DNA of 62,946 nt, filler included, from Craspedostauros australis (lineage: Eukaryota), in the NCBI GenBank assembly GCA_030167865.1. It is 13 parts of 13 records of this genome, joined end to end, with 100 filler letters (N's around TTAATTAATTAA, not from the genome) between each part and the next. Parts side by side here need not be neighbours in the genome. Positions count along the whole stretch, not along the records: positions 58,698 to 60,153 come from JALAGF010001590.1; positions 60,254 to 62,946 come from JALAGF010001591.1; 11 more parts are not named here. One strand, given 5' to 3'. This document shows, piece by piece, positions 59,157-62,946 of this stretch. A model generated the notes under the pieces. It did no database searches. It was given only the letters and a program-made list of their open reading frames with translations, and had not been told where the DNA came from. Position numbers and translations under genes: made by a program. Position 1 is the first letter of the stretch. Every line of letters starts with the position of its first letter.

Positions 59157-60153
59157 TTAATCCATTGCAGACCGCAGTTGGATGAAGTGGTTCTTGTGGT
59201 TGTCATAGATCTCCTTTTTGGTGTTCTTTGTGAAGCCGTCTGCGATGTTGTCTTCCGATCGCACGAATTTGGTTACGGCTTCTCCATTTTTGACGAGCTC
59301 ACGTATGAAGTGATGTCGGATGTCGATGTGTCTTGTCCTTGCGGATGTCGATGGGTTGGAGGCGATGAAGATCGCTCCGACGTTGTCAACCATAACGTCC
59401 GCAGGCTTGTGCATCTTTAATCCGATGTCGCTCATCAGTTGCGTCACGAAGCGGATTTCTTTCCCTGCTTCTGACAGTGCGACGTACTCTGCTTCNNNNN
59501 NNNNNNNNGTTACGCTGCGTTGTGCCTTTGATCTCCATATGATCGGCACTCCTTGTAGTAGGACGATGTGCCCTCCTACGCTGATGCGATTGTCTTTGTC
59601 ACCCGCGAATTCGCTGTCCGTGAATATTGCAATCTTCCATGCATCGTTGGTCAGTGGACTTGGTTTCATCTTCAGTCCATACTCTCTCGTGTCCCATACG
59701 AACTTCATGACTCGTAGCATCTCCTTGTACGCTGAGGCTGTTGGTCCGTCCAACACTTTGGTCAGTTCTCGCACTGCATTGGCGATGTCGGGTCGAGAGT
59801 GTTTTACCAGGTATAGCAGCATGCCTACTCCACTTCGGTATCGGCTGTGTCGCTGTTCGTCCACCTTGGGCGCATCGCTGTTCCTTTGCATGCCCTGCCC
59901 TGGTGTTCCTGGTGTTCCGTATCGTTGTAGTTTCAGCACATCGCTCCCGAACGTGTCGATGATGTTCTTGAGGATGTGTGGTTGGTTCACCCAACAGTTT
60001 GTCTTGTCATGGTTGAATATGATCTTGCAGCTTAGGTAGTCTTCAAGATCTTCCTCCACTTTGACCCCAAACCGTTCCGCTCGGATATCCTTCACGAGCT
60101 TCTCCAGTTCCTGCTTTTCTCCGATGCAGAGACAATCGTCCACATAGGTGCCG
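59157..60153 (-). mobile_element. Ty1/copia RT (YVDD) to RNase H fragment with its natural stop
   Basis: GTYVDDCL at the contig edge, YRSGVGMLLYLVKHSRPDIANAVREL, FTDSEFAGD, EAEYVA, VDNVGA, RHIDIRHHFIRE, NIADGFTK. Confidence 0.95.
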
Positions 60154-60253
60154 NNNNNNNNNNNNNNNNNNNNNNNNNNNNNNNNNNNNNNNNNNNNTTA
60201 ATTAATTAANNNNNNNNNNNNNNNNNNNNNNNNNNNNNNNNNNNNNNNNNNNN

Positions 60254-60915
60254 TTCGTCACATGTTCTGAGACTATTTGTCACACCTTTATATGCCATGT
60301 CAATATGACTATGACTAAGGGTACGGACGCGATTGATACCTGTACCACCGTGAGGAAGATAGCCTGTCCTCCAGTAACGCAAGGACGACACCTATGGCAG
60401 ATCAGGAGGTCCCGATACCAAGCCAACCATGGCAACCATGCAGACGACGACGTTGATCAGAACGGCAAGACCATGGGCAGGTGACGCACCTTCTTCAGAG
60501 GACAGCACGCGCCCCTCCTGCGGACAAGAACATCCGCAGGTTTGGAACATCAGAAAGGATCAGAACAACCGCAGGTTTGGAACATCACCAAAGATGGCAT
60601 CGACCATGAGGCGATGATATCATGAGACCAACGACGGAAACATGAGATAGGCAGGAGCTCAAGACTGCAGATCCCTACCATGCAAGCGTAGACAGCCACG
60701 ACGAGGCAGAGACAAGGAAGCAAGAACAGAGCATGATGAATGAAGGGGGAAGCACCTAAGAGACAACAGGACGCCCCGTGTCGTTACCGCGACAGATGCC
60801 TACCAAGAAAACGAAAACGGAAGAGAAAGTGAGATTGTGCTCACAGTTCTAAAACGGTACAGTTTCTAACAGCAGATTAGAACTTAGTACTAACTATAAC
60901 CCCGGATTTCCAACA
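60254..60915 (+). mobile_element. Probable LTR 3' part ending ...TTTCCAACA, inserted into an oppositely oriented gag
   Basis: Shares 301 bp with 58698-58998; CA terminus at 60915 coincides with the point where the gag ORF degenerates; the putative other end TGTCGGAA (minus, 59058) is an imperfect inverted repeat of it. Confidence 0.55.
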
Positions 60916-62020
60916 GTCGGTACTGTTCACCAGACCGGATCCGTCCTCCCGCTTGCAGGAAGGCATCGAGGATCGTTCGGAGGAGATGGAGGTCGAAGCG
61001 ACCGGCGTCGTCGAGGCGCTTGCAAAGAGCACGAAGGTGGACTGCCATGAGACCAACGTTCTTGTTTGGAAAACGTCTGCAGTTGACTTCGCGGATCTTG
61101 GCTGCGAGGGCGTCTTGTTCATCCAAGGAGTTGGCCGAGTTGCTGTTCATGAACTCGACGAAGAGAGTGATGAAGTTATCGTGGAACTTCGGCTCGATTT
61201 GGTTCATGAGCTGGTCTTCGAGGACTGGATCAAGACTGTCACGGAAGAACGCTGAGGCTGTCTCGTTGTTCTGGACGTCGTAGTGATCCCACTTCAGGTG
61301 GTACTCGTTGAAGTGCTTGGTGGCATCTTCAAGAGTGAAGGCGGCTGGTGAGTCCAGGACGCAAGTCATCTCTGACTCTGCATTGGCGTCAGCGATGTAC
61401 GCCATGGTGAGGAGTCCAGTTCTTGCCATGTGGTTTCGCACCAGGCGGATGAATTGCTGGATGTTCCCTCCTTTCTTGAACTTGTCGACGAGTCCTTGCT
61501 CTCGCTTGGACTGGTTGTTGGAGTCAGCACCGTTATGGAGGATTCTCTGTTGTTGAGAATTGGTCCACCTGGTGTGTGACTCGTCTTGGAGGCCGGTCCA
61601 CTGCGCATTTGGTGCGCCTGCGGTCCAGGGTACCCAGTTGCGTCCTTGCTTGAGGAGACCTCCCATGATGGGAACTGTTGGTTTCCCAGAGAGGTCGTGG
61701 TCGTCGTCGTCACTATCCTCTTCTGACTTTCCGCTCTTCTTGGGCATGGGTGTTCCCATGTCGAAGAGACTGTCATTGAAGAAGGACTGGTCCGTCCGGG
61801 TTCGTGTGGCGTCAGCCGATCGGCTGCGCCCGAGACCGGAGCGGCTTGGGGTCGTTGTGGCTGTCGCCGCTGCTTGGGCAGTGGCTATAGCCGCGTTTGC
61901 TGCTTCTGCAGCGGCTTCGGCCGCCAACGTCGCCTGTGTGAGGCGNGCGTTCTCGACCGTGATCGCTTCGAGCTGCGCTTGCAGCTCTTCCAGCGTGGCA
62001 GGGGTTGTCTCTTCCGCCAT
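60916..62020 (-). mobile_element. CoDi-type copia Gag N-terminal region, truncated by an insertion
   Basis: HMARTGLLTMAY..MTCVLDSPAAFTLE..WDHYDVQNNETASAFFRDSLD resembles diatom copia Gag as I recall it; a PBS lies upstream. Confidence 0.68.
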
Positions 62021-62433
62021 GATGGATAGCGGGGAACTTCTCGAGTAGTCTTCGGACTTCGAGGGGATCGATCTGTTTGCCTTCTCTTGCTCTTGCTCGG
62101 CTTCATTTCATTGGGAAGGTGTGCACTGAAGTTCGATGCAGGCTTGGAGAGGCTCGTACTCGGTCGGCGAGTGCGGTTATAGCTTGCTTTAGCAGAGGCT
62201 ACTGAAGTTCGACCTTTGGGTCGCTTACCTTCAGCTGGGACTTCTGTCCTCTTGAGTGGCTCGGTTTTCGAGCGTTGGGGGTCTGATTTCAGATCAGATG
62301 CATGCGATGAGGACGTGGTCCTTTGTTGGAAGCTCGATTTGCGAGCTGTGCCTTTTGGCTTCGTCTCAGAGAGACTCTTGCGATCGGTTGGCAGAGGAAG
62401 ATGCTCGGTGGAGTTGTTAAGAGAGTATTTGGC

Positions 62434-62451
62434 AACCACTCGCAGCTACCA
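62434..62451 (-). promoter_or_regulatory. Primer-binding site TGGTAGCTGCGAGTGGTT, complementary to a tRNA 3' end (initiator-Met-like)
   Basis: The plus strand reads AACCACT-CGCAGCT-A-CCA (T-arm, acceptor strand ending U72, discriminator A, CCA); 414 bp upstream of the gag ATG. Confidence 0.72.
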
Positions 62452-62946
62452 GTTAGGATTTGGGCGTAGACGTCGCGAATCGGTGGAGAATGCCTCGTGA
62501 ATCTGCCGGCTTCGGGATAGCCGTGTGATGCAGTTCAAGAGAGGTGTATTGATTGAAGAGTTGTAACTGTAACGATGAGTAGTAGAGTGCTTTGTAGCTA
62601 ATTCTTGTCTGTTATTATGAGTTAGCTTATTGGTGTTTATAGGGTGAAGAAACGATGCCACACAACTTGGCGAGACCCTGCACTGATGCACTTGATTCAG
62701 TGCAACAGAGTAGACAATCATTACAGTGCTTTGCTCTCCGCACATGTAGTTACACTGCAGTGTAGGTCATGACAATCAGTGGTGACGATCATGAAGCAGT
62801 GGCTGTGGTTGAAGCTGACCCTCGGATTCCATTGCTTGAGTTGAAGCAAGTTGGATACGCAAGTTGAGACCACGGTGGTAGTGTGGTGGTCATCAGCATG
62901 AAGGAATCGAGGTATGTTGTAGTAAGGAGGATCTGAAGAGCATATA
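62452..62946 (-). mobile_element. Probable partial 5' LTR with a TATAAA box at 62641-62636
   Basis: Position immediately upstream of the PBS; no second copy in the window to confirm. Confidence 0.5.

Noticed and set aside
43087..62946. A clustered TE island or multi-gene system
   Set aside because: Separate short contigs were concatenated; their proximity is an artefact.

Overview
Eukaryotic nuclear sequence, most likely from a diatom. Evidence: GT-AG introns, a bipartite plastid-targeting-like presequence, RxL+KxxK motifs, an HA-repeat protein and CoDi-like copia elements. The window is not contiguous: 13 contigs are joined by twelve 100-bp N-TTAATTAATTAA-N linkers. Contig 1 (1-12927) has a secreted Cys-repeat protein that runs off the left edge and is missing from the ORF track, a disrupted ATG22-like MFS fragment, a U-box protein, an LRR protein, a CA-rich repeat and an intron-containing DDE transposase. 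Contig 2 (13028-42986) is ordinary gene-dense sequence: otubain, a giant HA-repeat protein, MetAP1, a SET-domain protein, an ABCG transporter, a FUSC/ALMT-like membrane protein, LepA/GUF1 and SEL1L/Hrd3. The short contigs after 43 kb are mostly repeats: several Ty1/copia fragments, a piggyBac-like fragment, a decayed DDE transposase, a palindromic 29-bp array, a ~64-bp minisatellite and a 55-unit mucin-like coding repeat. Strongest candidates for novelty: (i) the signal peptide/RxL/KxxK/18-aa two-Cys repeat protein at 1-1595; (ii) an RNase H1-N-like domain fused to seven HA repeats; (iii) a copia Gag-PR with a ~330-aa extra segment carrying a CxxC-x9-CxxC motif. All family assignments come from motif recognition by eye; no searches were run.
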